The notes under the pieces: generated by a model | Seen by the model: only the letters and a program-made list of their open reading frames with translations | Told to the model about the DNA's origin: nothing | Databases searched by the model: none | Assembly: GCA_965205505.1 (NCBI GenBank) | Contig: CBDBHB010000009.1 | Location: 1,152,001-1,216,000, forward strand | DNA from: Acidobacteriota bacterium | GTDB taxonomy: Bacteria > Acidobacteriota > UBA890 > WLXD01 | Direction of reading: 5' to 3' | DNA: 64,000 nucleotides | Part shown: in pieces, positions 10,292 through 18,932 of the stretch | How the letters are laid out: each line of letters opens with the position of its first letter | Position numbering within the stretch: position 1 is the stretch's first letter | Made by a program: the position numbers and the translations under genes

Positions 10292-11844
10292 CTCGTCTCC
10301 AACGACTGGTTCAGCGACTTGACCAGCGAGATGGCCATGCCGATGCCAATAAACAACACCGGGAACGACCCGATCAATACCCCCAGGCGAATGACCTGAA
10401 GACCGCCGACAAGCATCATGAAGATGGGCAGCACGCCGATGACCAGCGCCCAGAATAGGCGGTGCCCGCGTGTCGGGTTCTGGTTCGGCCCGAGCTCGGC
10501 GGTGACCGTTGCGGCGAGCGTATACGACGCCGAATCGTACGTTGTGGCCACCGACACGCTGCTGACCACAGCCAGCACGGCGAGCGCCAGGGCACCGTAC
10601 GGCAGCGACGCGACGATCTGCGCCGTGGCGACATTCATGCCGCTGTCCGCCAGTATCGCGCTCAGCGGGAGCATGTTCTCCAACTCCAGATACAGGGCGT
10701 AGTTGCCCATGACGAAGTAGAAGATCCAACAGCCCAGCGTACCGAAGAAGATCATCGATACGATCACCTGCCGTATGGTCCGCCCTCGCGAGATGCGAGT
10801 CACGAAGATCCCGATCACCGGGGCGAACGCGATCCACCAGGCCCAGTAGAAGATGGTCCAGGCCTCCACGAAGCCGGTCGACTCGACGGCGTCGGTCCAG
10901 GTCAACATGCGGACGAAGTTCTGAGCCATGAAGCCCACGGTGTCGGTAGCCGTCTTGAGGATGAAGAGCGTCGGTCCCACCAGAAGGATGTAGGCGAGGA
11001 ACAGCAACGCCAGTACGACGTTGAGGTCGCTGAGCCGCTTGATGCCCCGTTCGAGGCCCAGGTAGACGCTGATCCCGAACAGTCCGACGCAGAAGATCAC
11101 CACGCCGGCCTCGAGGGCGAACGATGACTCGACGCCGAAGAGCTCGGCGGTGACGGCGGCGATCATCGGAGCGATGAGCCCCAGCGAGGTGCCGGCACCG
11201 CCCAGAAGGCCCAGCATGGCGGCCAAGTTGACGGCGCGCCCGACGATGCTGCGATGACCCTCGGGTCCGAGCAAGGCGTGCCACGAAGTGCTCGCGCACA
11301 GATGCGGAACGCGCTGCACGTAGAACGGATAGGCGATGGCGATGGTCGCCAGGGCGTACAGGCTCCAGGCGGTCACGCCCCAGTGGAACGGGCCGTAGGC
11401 GGTGGCCCATTCGATGGCCTCGACGGAGCGGGGCTCAGCTCCGAACGGTGGGGCGTTGTAGTAGGTGATCCACTCCACGCCTCCCCAGACCAGCAGCGAA
11501 GCGCCGGTTCCGGCGCAAAACAACATGCCCGCCCATGAGAATGTGGAGAAATCCGGCCGCTCATCGGCTCCGCCCAGCCGCACGTGAGCGAAGCGGCCAG
11601 TCGCCAGCCAGATCATGAACAGGATCGTGCCGATGGCGCACCACTGGTAGAGGAACCCGAAGTTGTGCGTGATGCCGTCGTACAAATCGGAAACGAATGC
11701 CGCGGCGCGCTCCGGCATGAGGCCCAGCGGAACGCAGGCGGCGGCAATCACGACGATGACCACGGTGAACATCACGCGATCGATTGCCCGGCCTCCGGCC
11801 CGTTCGCTGCGCATCACTGGCTGTTCGATTTCCGGGACCTCCAT
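10288..11844 (-). CDS. BCCT-family (betaine/carnitine/choline) transporter
   Basis: SWAGMLFCAG, FHWG and WTIFYWAWWIAFAP...ISRGRTIRQ signature motifs. Confidence 0.93.
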   Translation of the reverse strand: MEVPEIEQPVMRSERAGGRAIDRVMFTVVIVVIAAACVPLGLMPERAAAFVSDLYDGITHNFGFLYQWCAIGTILFMIWLATGRFAHVRLGGADERPDFSTFSWAGMLFCAGTGASLLVWGGVEWITYYNAPPFGAEPRSVEAIEWATAYGPFHWGVTAWSLYALATIAIAYPFYVQRVPHLCASTSWHALLGPEGHRSIVGRAVNLAAMLGLLGGAGTSLGLIAPMIAAVTAELFGVESSFALEAGVVIFCVGLFGISVYLGLERGIKRLSDLNVVLALLFLAYILLVGPTLFILKTATDTVGFMAQNFVRMLTWTDAVESTGFVEAWTIFYWAWWIAFAPVIGIFVTRISRGRTIRQVIVSMIFFGTLGCWIFYFVMGNYALYLELENMLPLSAILADSGMNVATAQIVASLPYGALALAVLAVVSSVSVATTYDSASYTLAATVTAELGPNQNPTRGHRLFWALVIGVLPIFMMLVGGLQVIRLGVLIGSFPVLFIGIGMAISLVKSLNQSLETR

Positions 11845-12063
11845 TGATGCCGTAGCCTCGCTGCTAAGGCATCGTCTTCCTCACCCTTCCTTGATCTCGC
11901 CCGCATCTCGCTCCTGCAAACGTCACCGTACTTATGATCAGGAGCACTAGTTGTGCATCCTGAACACTCGTACATCAAGTGACGGCGAGGGCCCCCACGC
12001 ATAAGATGAGGGGCCGCGCCGGGCGAGGGGACCGGTGCAGGTCTAGGCCGAGGAGGCTGGCGA

Positions 12064-12480
12064 GTGAGCACTGCGCGACAGGTGGTCGGGGGCACCGTCA
12101 GCATCGGCGGCCGCAAGCTGTCGGTCTCGACGGCGATTCGCGCCGGGGATTTCGTCTTCCTGGCCGGGCAGATCCCGATCCGCGACGGCGAAGTGGTTAC
12201 GGATGGCTCGATCGAAGATCAGACGAGGATCGTGCTCGAGCTGATCAAGAGCACGTTGGCGGAGGCCGGATGCGTTCTCGCGGACGTGGTGAAGTCGATG
12301 GTCTGGATGCGCGACCGAGCTGACTTCGCTGGGTTCAACGCCGTTTACGGTGAGTATTTCCCGGCAGAGCCGCCGGCCCGATCGGCAGTTGTCTGTGATC
12401 TGCTGGTCGATGTTCGGGTGGAGGTCGAGGTCGTCGCCTATCGGCCGATGCGTACGCGGCAGGAACCGGCTGAAGCATGA
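12064..12480 (+). CDS. RidA/YjgF/UK114 family protein
   Basis: FLAGQIP, IEDQTR, FNAVYGEYF, PPARS and VEVEVVA motifs. Confidence 0.9.
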   Translation: MSTARQVVGGTVSIGGRKLSVSTAIRAGDFVFLAGQIPIRDGEVVTDGSIEDQTRIVLELIKSTLAEAGCVLADVVKSMVWMRDRADFAGFNAVYGEYFPAEPPARSAVVCDLLVDVRVEVEVVAYRPMRTRQEPAEA

Positions 12481-13469
12481 CCGCGGCTAGTCCGGGCGGC
12501 ATGGCGGTGACAACGCCCACAGCACCCGCGGTCTCGGCCGTCGGGATCGTCGGTACCGGCGTGATCGGCGGCGGCTGGGCGCTGCACTTTCTCGCCCGGG
12601 GATTGGACGTAATTGCCTTCGACCCGCATCCGGAAGCTCGTGCGCGTCTCGACCGTCTGACCGAGACTGCCTGGCCGGCGCTCGAGAAGCTCGGTCTCGA
12701 GCCGGGCGCCTCGTTGCGGCGACTCAGGTTCGTCGACACCCTCGAGGCCGCGGTCGCAGACGTCGATGTGGTACAGGAGAGCACCCCGGAGATCCTCGAA
12801 TCGAAGATCGAGGTGTTCCGTCGCATGGACGCTGCCGCTGCGCCCGAGACGCTGCTGCTGTCGAGCACGTCCGGCCTCGCCATGTCCGAGATGCAGGTTG
12901 CCTGTGAGCACCCCGAGCGTACCGTTGTCGGCCACCCGTTCAATCCGCCGTACCTGATTCCTCTGGTGGAGGTGGTCGGCGGACGGCTAACCAGCACCGC
13001 GGCGGTCGACCGCGCGGCCGACTTCTACTCGGCGGTCGGCAAGCGCGTCGTGAAGCTCCGGAAAGAGCTGCCGGGCTTCATCGCCGCCAGGCTGCAGGAG
13101 GCGATGTGGCGGGAGATGCTCCACATGGTCGCCAACGACGAGGCCACGGTGCAGGAGATCGACGAAGCCATCATCGCCGGCCCAGGACTGCGCTGGGCGA
13201 TCATGGGACCGGGGATGGCGTTCCACGTTGCCGGTGGCGAGGGTGGAATGGCGCACGTGCTCGATCAGTTCGGTCCTGCCCTGAAATGGCCGTGGACGCG
13301 GCTCGAAGCACCGGAGCTGACCGACGATCTGCGCCGCCGCATGATCGACGGTTGTAACGAGGAGGCCAACGGTCGTAGCATCGCGGAGCTGATCCGGGAG
13401 CGCGACGACAGCCTGATCGAGATCATCAGGGCACTCGATCGGCGCAACTCGGAGGGCACTGATGAGTGA
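12477..13469 (+). CDS. lcdH: L-carnitine dehydrogenase (3-hydroxyacyl-CoA dehydrogenase family)
   Basis: GTGVIGGGW Rossmann motif; [25 protein letters not shown] and [11 protein letters not shown] motifs; next to BCCT and BKACE genes. Confidence 0.8.
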   Translation: MTAASPGGMAVTTPTAPAVSAVGIVGTGVIGGGWALHFLARGLDVIAFDPHPEARARLDRLTETAWPALEKLGLEPGASLRRLRFVDTLEAAVADVDVVQESTPEILESKIEVFRRMDAAAAPETLLLSSTSGLAMSEMQVACEHPERTVVGHPFNPPYLIPLVEVVGGRLTSTAAVDRAADFYSAVGKRVVKLRKELPGFIAARLQEAMWREMLHMVANDEATVQEIDEAIIAGPGLRWAIMGPGMAFHVAGGEGGMAHVLDQFGPALKWPWTRLEAPELTDDLRRRMIDGCNEEANGRSIAELIRERDDSLIEIIRALDRRNSEGTDE

Positions 13470-13633
13470 GGCCGTTGCCGTCGTGAGACGAGGCGGCGTG
13501 CTGGAGGTCACCCTCGATAGGCCACCGGTCAACGCCATCGATATACCCACCAGCGTTGCTCTCGGCGAGGCGTTCGCGCGACGCGCTGGTTCGAATGTCT
13601 CTGCAGGAGCCGGAGGGTGAGGCAACATCATGA
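13462..13633 (+). pseudogene. caiD: Deletion remnant: N-terminus of a carnitinyl-CoA dehydratase (crotonase) joined to the 3' tail of a second gene
   Basis: [38 protein letters not shown] resembles the CaiD N-terminus. After about 13580 another frame reads [17 protein letters not shown] and ends in an ATGA overlap with the next gene. Confidence 0.7.
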
Positions 13634-14514
13634 GTAGTGGCGTGATCGTCACCTGTGCCGTAACGGGTTCCGGCGACACGGTCGGCAAGAACCCGGCTGT
13701 GCCCGTCACGCCGGAGCAGATTGCCGATGCCTGCATGCAGGCGGCGAGCGCCGGCGCCGCCGTGGTGCACGTTCACGTGCGGGATCCCGAGACCGGCAAG
13801 GGATGCCGCGATACCGATCTGTTCCGCGAGGTCGTGGAGCTGGTGCGGGGCCGCGACCGCGACGTGATTATCAACTTGACCTCGGGGATGGGTGGCGACT
13901 TCGTTCCCGGGGAGGACGACCCGGCGGTGGCCGGGCCCGGGACCGACCTCGTGGGCCCGCTCGAGCGACTCGCCCACATCGAGGAGCTGCGTCCGGAGAT
14001 CTGTAGCCTCGACTGTGGCAGCATGAACTTCGGCCTCGGCCACGAGGTGTATATCAACACCACGGCCAGCCTCGAGATCATGGCGGGGCGCTGCCAGAAG
14101 ATCGGCGTCAAACCGGAGCTCGAGGTCTTCGATCTCGGCCAGATCCGCTGCGCCAAGTACCTGCAAGACCAGGGACTGGTGGATGATCCTCCCGTGTTCC
14201 AGATCTGTCTCGGCCTGGCCTGGGGCGCCGGCGCAGACGCCGAGTCGATGCTGGCGCTGCGCAACGAGTTACCGGAAGGCGCCAAGTGGTTCGCGTTCGG
14301 TGTCGGGCGTCAGCAGATGCCGATGGCTGCCCAGGCGATTCTGCTCGGCGGCCATGTGCGCGTCGGCCTCGAAGACAACCTCTACCTGAGCCGCGGTGTG
14401 CTGGCCAGCAACGGCGAGCTGGTCGAAAAAGCGGTGCGGATCATCGAGGAGCTCGGCGGAGAAGTGCTCGGTCCCGACGCGGCGCGCAAGGAGCTCGGAC
14501 TGGGCCCCGCCTGA
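13630..14514 (+). CDS. Beta-keto acid cleavage enzyme (BKACE/DUF849), probably dehydrocarnitine cleavage (CdhC-like)
   Basis: [31 protein letters not shown] and HVRVGLEDN motifs; carnitine cluster context. Confidence 0.88.
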   Translation: MSSGVIVTCAVTGSGDTVGKNPAVPVTPEQIADACMQAASAGAAVVHVHVRDPETGKGCRDTDLFREVVELVRGRDRDVIINLTSGMGGDFVPGEDDPAVAGPGTDLVGPLERLAHIEELRPEICSLDCGSMNFGLGHEVYINTTASLEIMAGRCQKIGVKPELEVFDLGQIRCAKYLQDQGLVDDPPVFQICLGLAWGAGADAESMLALRNELPEGAKWFAFGVGRQQMPMAAQAILLGGHVRVGLEDNLYLSRGVLASNGELVEKAVRIIEELGGEVLGPDAARKELGLGPA

Positions 14515-14529
14515 GACCGGAGACCGGGC

Positions 14530-15882
14530 CTACGATGCCCGCGGCGGTGTGAGCGCGCCGCCAGCATCGAGGCCCCGCACCCACTGCAAGAAGCCGTTGG
14601 CGTCGATCTCGTGGCCGCCCGAGGCGGCAAGCTGCCGGAACTTGGTCTCGAGCTCGCCCTCAGACAGAGGGTTCTCCGGATCTCCCTTCGGCGAGCTCAC
14701 GTGTCGATCCCACGAGCCGCCCGCCGTCGATCGCAACCGCAACCGCACCGGCCATTCGCGCGGATACAGAGTCTCGAACTCTGGCTCTGCAACCACCGAG
14801 ACGTTCGGCAACAACGCTCTCACGGTGGGGTCGGCAATCGAGTCGGGGCTGAAATCCGCCGGGGATACGTGTCCCCACGTCAACGCCGCGGCGATGCAGT
14901 ACTGCAAGCTGAACTTTGCCGCGTAGGGATCTGCTGGCTCCGGGTTGTCGCACAGATCGACAGCAGCCTGGTAGGTGCCGATCTCAATGACGTCGAGCTG
15001 TTGTCCAGAGATCTCGGGACGGAGGTCGAGCGCCGCATCGATGCCGGCGTGCGTGTGGCGGCAGCTGGAGTGCGGCTTGATCGACACACCTTCGATTCGG
15101 GGATGGTCGGCCCAGCTGTCGAGGCCTTCGATCACGCGCTCCGGCTCGGCGTCTGGAGCCGTGGCTGCGAAGAAGCCTCGCTCCCCTTCGAGAATCCGTC
15201 TCGCGCCAGTAAACCCCCGGCCGCCAAGCTCCGCCGCCACCAGTCCGGCAGCCGCCGCGCGGCCGGCGTGCAGATGCTTGCTCATGGCGCCGTCGGCATT
15301 GAATTCCCAGAGGCCACAGGCCTGCGTGCCGGCGTTACCGAACGCCCAGACCATCTGATCTGCGTCCAGACCCAACAGCCACCCGGCCGCGGCTGCCGCG
15401 CCGAACACGCCGCATGTTGCGGTGTTGTGAAAGTATCGATAGTGGCGCTTGCCCACCGCCTCGCCGATTCGGATCGCCACCTCGTAGCCGGCGACGACGG
15501 CGGCCAGGAATTCGCCACCGCTGGCGTCGGCTATCTCGGCCGCGGCAAGCGCCGCCGGAATCACCACGGCTCCGGGGTGAAGCACCGAGGCGCGGTGAAG
15601 GTCGTCCATCTCGACGATGTGCGACAGCCCGCCGTTCACGAAGGCCGCCACCTCCGGGGAGCGCCGGAGCCCCGTTCCCAGAACGCTTGCCGCGGCCTCG
15701 GGCCGCTGTCTGGCGTGCTCGACCAGCATGCCGCCAGCTTCGGTCGCAGCGCCCGCCAGCACCGAGCCCAGCCAATCGATCACGTACGTCGGTGCGATGG
15801 CGACCGAAGGGGAGGGGAGTCGGCGCTCCCTAGTGGTCACAAGCTGCTGCGCCAGCTGCTCGGTGAGGGAGGCTGCGCTCAT
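14530..15882 (-). CDS. MmgE/PrpD family protein
   Basis: SHIVEMDDLH, LHPG, KPHSSCRHTH, AKFS and PKGDPENP motifs. Confidence 0.9.
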   Translation of the reverse strand: MSAASLTEQLAQQLVTTRERRLPSPSVAIAPTYVIDWLGSVLAGAATEAGGMLVEHARQRPEAAASVLGTGLRRSPEVAAFVNGGLSHIVEMDDLHRASVLHPGAVVIPAALAAAEIADASGGEFLAAVVAGYEVAIRIGEAVGKRHYRYFHNTATCGVFGAAAAAGWLLGLDADQMVWAFGNAGTQACGLWEFNADGAMSKHLHAGRAAAAGLVAAELGGRGFTGARRILEGERGFFAATAPDAEPERVIEGLDSWADHPRIEGVSIKPHSSCRHTHAGIDAALDLRPEISGQQLDVIEIGTYQAAVDLCDNPEPADPYAAKFSLQYCIAAALTWGHVSPADFSPDSIADPTVRALLPNVSVVAEPEFETLYPREWPVRLRLRSTAGGSWDRHVSSPKGDPENPLSEGELETKFRQLAASGGHEIDANGFLQWVRGLDAGGALTPPRAS

Positions 15883-15973
15883 CGTCCCTTCGTTCCACGT
15901 TTCCGGTGGTCGAGAGTCTGGTAGATTAGCATCGCCGCGCGGACTGGACCGAGGGCGGCCTCTACCCCGACCG

Positions 15974-17137
15974 ATGGCACAACGGCTCAGTTCCGAACAA
16001 GAGCAGATCCGCCAAGCGGTTCGCGAGCTCTGCAGCGACTACCCCGATGAGTACTGGCGTCAGGTCGACGCCGAGCTCAGGTACCCGGAGGAGTTCGTCG
16101 ATGCGCTCACCCAGGGCGGTTGGCTGGCGGCGCTGATTCCCGAGGAGTATGGCGGCTCTGGCCTGGGAGTGCTCGAGGCCAGCATTATCCTCGAGGAGAC
16201 GAACCGCTCCGGGGGCAACGCTGCTGCCTGTCACGCCCAGATGTACATCATGGGCACGCTGCTGCGCCACGGATCAGAGGCTCAGAAGGCCAAGTGCCTG
16301 CCCGACATCGCCAGCGGTACCCTCCGCTTGCAGGCCTTCGGCGTAACCGAGCCGACGACGGGCTCCGACACGACGCAGCTCAAGACCACCGCCGTGCGCC
16401 AGGGTGATCGTTATGTGGTGAACGGGCAGAAGGTCTTCATCTCGCGGGTCGAGCACTCGGACCTCATGCTGTTGCTCGTGCGAACCACTCCGGCCACAGA
16501 AGTGACCAAGCGCACCGACGGGCTGTCGGTACTGCTCGTCGACCTCAGGGAAGCGATCGGTAAGGGAATCACGGTTCGACCGCTGCGCACGATGATGAAC
16601 CATCAGACGACCGAGCTGTTCATCGATGACCTGGAAGTGCCGCTGGATGCGCTTGTCGGCGAGGAGGACAGGGGATTTCGCTACATCCTCGACGGCTGGA
16701 ACGCCGAGCGCATCCTGATCGCCGCGGAGTGCATCGGAGATGCTCGCTGGTTCGTCGAGCGCTCGTGCCAGTACGCCAGCGAGCGCGTCGTGTTCGGCCG
16801 CCCCATCGGACAAAACCAGGGGATCCAGTTTCCTCTGGCCCGCGTCTACGCCGATCTCGAGGCCGCCGACCTGATGCGCTATCGCGCCGCCGAGCTGTTC
16901 GACTGCGGCGAGTCCTGTGGAGCCGAGGCCAACATGGCGAAGTTGCTGGCCGCCGACGCTTCCGCCGAGGCCGGCCGGGTCGCCCTACAGACGCATGGTG
17001 GCTTCGGGTTCGCCGAGGAGTTCGACGTCGAGCGCAAGTATCGGGAGACGCTGCTGTATCAGGTGGCCCCGGTATCGACGAACCTCATCCTCGCGTACAT
17101 CGGCGAGCACGTTCTCGGGCTGCCGAGGTCGTACTAG
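15974..17137 (+). CDS. Acyl-CoA dehydrogenase
   Basis: IPEEYGG, FGVTEPTTGSD, NGQKVFISR, NAERI and QTHGGFGF motifs; ATG at 15974. Confidence 0.92.
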   Translation: MAQRLSSEQEQIRQAVRELCSDYPDEYWRQVDAELRYPEEFVDALTQGGWLAALIPEEYGGSGLGVLEASIILEETNRSGGNAAACHAQMYIMGTLLRHGSEAQKAKCLPDIASGTLRLQAFGVTEPTTGSDTTQLKTTAVRQGDRYVVNGQKVFISRVEHSDLMLLLVRTTPATEVTKRTDGLSVLLVDLREAIGKGITVRPLRTMMNHQTTELFIDDLEVPLDALVGEEDRGFRYILDGWNAERILIAAECIGDARWFVERSCQYASERVVFGRPIGQNQGIQFPLARVYADLEAADLMRYRAAELFDCGESCGAEANMAKLLAADASAEAGRVALQTHGGFGFAEEFDVERKYRETLLYQVAPVSTNLILAYIGEHVLGLPRSY

Positions 17138-17190
17138 TGTCCTGTGACGGAGGTTCGTTGCATATTGCTGGGTCGAGATGGGGACACTAG
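17134..17190. repeat. Collapsed 57-bp copy of the CTAG-bounded palindromic element
   Basis: CTAGTGTCCTGTGACGGAGGTTCGTTGCATATTGCTGGGTCGAGATGGGG closely matches the reverse complement of 51931-51980 and is closed by GGACACTAG. Confidence 0.85.
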
Positions 17191-18377
17191 TGTCCGGCAC
17201 AAGACCGCTCGAGGGAATCACCGTGGTTGCGGTCGAGCAGGCCGTCGCCGCGCCGTTTGCCAGCCGTCACCTGGCCGACCTCGGAGCGCGGATCATCAAA
17301 ATCGAGCGACCGGGGCGCGGCGACTTCGCGCGCTCGTATGATACGGCTGTCGACGGGCTCTCCAGTCATTTCGTCTGGCTGAACCGCTCGAAAGAGTCAC
17401 TGGCGCTCGATCTCAAGAGCGCCGGCTCGCGCCCGGTGTTGGAGCGCTTGCTCGAGAAGGCCGATGTGTTCCTGCACAACCTTGGACCCGGCGCCGCCGA
17501 ACGGCTCGGGCTCGAGGCGCCGGCGCTGCGCGGTCGCTACCCGCAGATAATCGTGTGCACCATTTCGGGCTACGGCTCGGGCGGCCCCTACGCCGATCGC
17601 AAAGCCTACGACCTGTTGGTGCAGGCCGAGAGCGGCCTGATGTCGATCACCGGTTCGGAGCAGACACCGAGCAAGGTAGGGATCCCGGTTGCCGACATCG
17701 CCGCAGGCATGTATGCGTACTCCGGCGTGCTCGCCGCGTTGATTGCCCGTGGCCGCACGGGTGAAGGGGCGGCACTCGAGGTCTCGCTGCTCGACGCGCT
17801 CGCCGAATGGATGGGGTTCCCGCTCTACTACACGGCCTACTCTGGATCGCCGCCGCGGCGCAGCGGCCCGCGGCACGCGGCGATCGCCCCCTACGGCCCG
17901 TTCCGATGCGGCGATGGCAAGGCGGTGTTTCTGGCGGTTCAGAACGAGCGTGAGTGGTCACGCTTCTGCGAGCGCGTGCTGGGCGATACGCAGCTCGCCG
18001 CCGACCGGCGATACGCCAGCGGTCCGCAACGGGTCGCCAACGTCGAAGCGCTTACCGAGTTCATCGAGGGCGTGTTCCAGGCGCGTACCGCCCAGGACGT
18101 CCAGCATGCTCTCGAGGCCGCCGGCATGGCGCACGCCAGGATGAACAGCGTCGAAGAGTTTCTCGCCCACCCGCAACTCGAGTCGCGGGACCGCTGGCGC
18201 GAGGTCGACTCGGCTGCCGGGAAGCTGCGCGCGCTGCTGCCGCCGGTGACGACCAGCGCCTACGAGCCAGCTCTGGGGCCGATCCCGGAGGTGGGTGAGC
18301 ATTCCGAGTCTATCCTCGAAGAGCTCGGCTTCGATGCTTCGGAGATCACCGAGATGCGAGAAGCGCGGGTAATCTGA
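17190..18377 (+). CDS. CaiB/BaiF class III CoA-transferase (itaconate CoA-transferase-like)
   Basis: EQAVAAPF, LADLGARIIKIERPG, WLNRSKES and AYDLLVQ motifs. GTG at 17190 is the likely native start; the ATG at 17178 lies inside the repeat. Confidence 0.9.
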   Translation: MSGTRPLEGITVVAVEQAVAAPFASRHLADLGARIIKIERPGRGDFARSYDTAVDGLSSHFVWLNRSKESLALDLKSAGSRPVLERLLEKADVFLHNLGPGAAERLGLEAPALRGRYPQIIVCTISGYGSGGPYADRKAYDLLVQAESGLMSITGSEQTPSKVGIPVADIAAGMYAYSGVLAALIARGRTGEGAALEVSLLDALAEWMGFPLYYTAYSGSPPRRSGPRHAAIAPYGPFRCGDGKAVFLAVQNEREWSRFCERVLGDTQLAADRRYASGPQRVANVEALTEFIEGVFQARTAQDVQHALEAAGMAHARMNSVEEFLAHPQLESRDRWREVDSAAGKLRALLPPVTTSAYEPALGPIPEVGEHSESILEELGFDASEITEMREARVI

Positions 18378-18409
18378 ATCCCTGGAAACAACCGTCAGGA
18401 GTCGACCAC

Positions 18410-18910
18410 ATGGCGATCAAGCGAGGCTGGCAGGGAAGGGTCTACGAAGACTTCCAGGTGGGCGACGTCTACCCGCATCCGCTCGGTCGAACGATCACCA
18501 CCGCCGACAACATTTGGTTCACCATGATGACTCAGAACACCAACCCCATTCATTTCGATCATGAGTACGCCAAGCGCACCGAGTTCGGTCGCCCGCTCGT
18601 CAATTCGACGTTCACGCTGGCGCTGGTGACCGGTCAGTCGGTGACCGATATCTCCCAGAACGTCATGGCCAACCTCGGCTGGGACAAAGTGCGGCTGCCG
18701 CACCCGGTTTTCGAGGACGACACCATCTACTCGCGCACCGAGGTGCTGGAGACACGCGAGAGTAAGTCGCGATCCAATGTCGGCATCGTGCGTGTGAAGA
18801 CCACCGGCTTCAACCAAGACAACGTCACCGTGATCGAGTTCGAGCGAACGATCATGGTGTACAAGCGCGGGCACGTGCCGTCCACGCCGCGCGATCTGGC
18901 CGAGGGCTAG
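18410..18910 (+). CDS. MaoC-family dehydratase (RipB/itaconyl-CoA hydratase-like)
   Basis: YEDFQVGD, GRTIT-ADN, NPIHFD and ANLGW...PVF-DTIY motifs. Confidence 0.85.
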   Translation: MAIKRGWQGRVYEDFQVGDVYPHPLGRTITTADNIWFTMMTQNTNPIHFDHEYAKRTEFGRPLVNSTFTLALVTGQSVTDISQNVMANLGWDKVRLPHPVFEDDTIYSRTEVLETRESKSRSNVGIVRVKTTGFNQDNVTVIEFERTIMVYKRGHVPSTPRDLAEG

Positions 18911-18932
18911 CCAACCCTCCGAGCGTCGGAGC

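Noticed and set aside
9308-11410. 700-aa ORF overlapping the BCCT gene
   Set aside because: The first half is an off-frame shadow of BCCT; the real gene starts at 10291.
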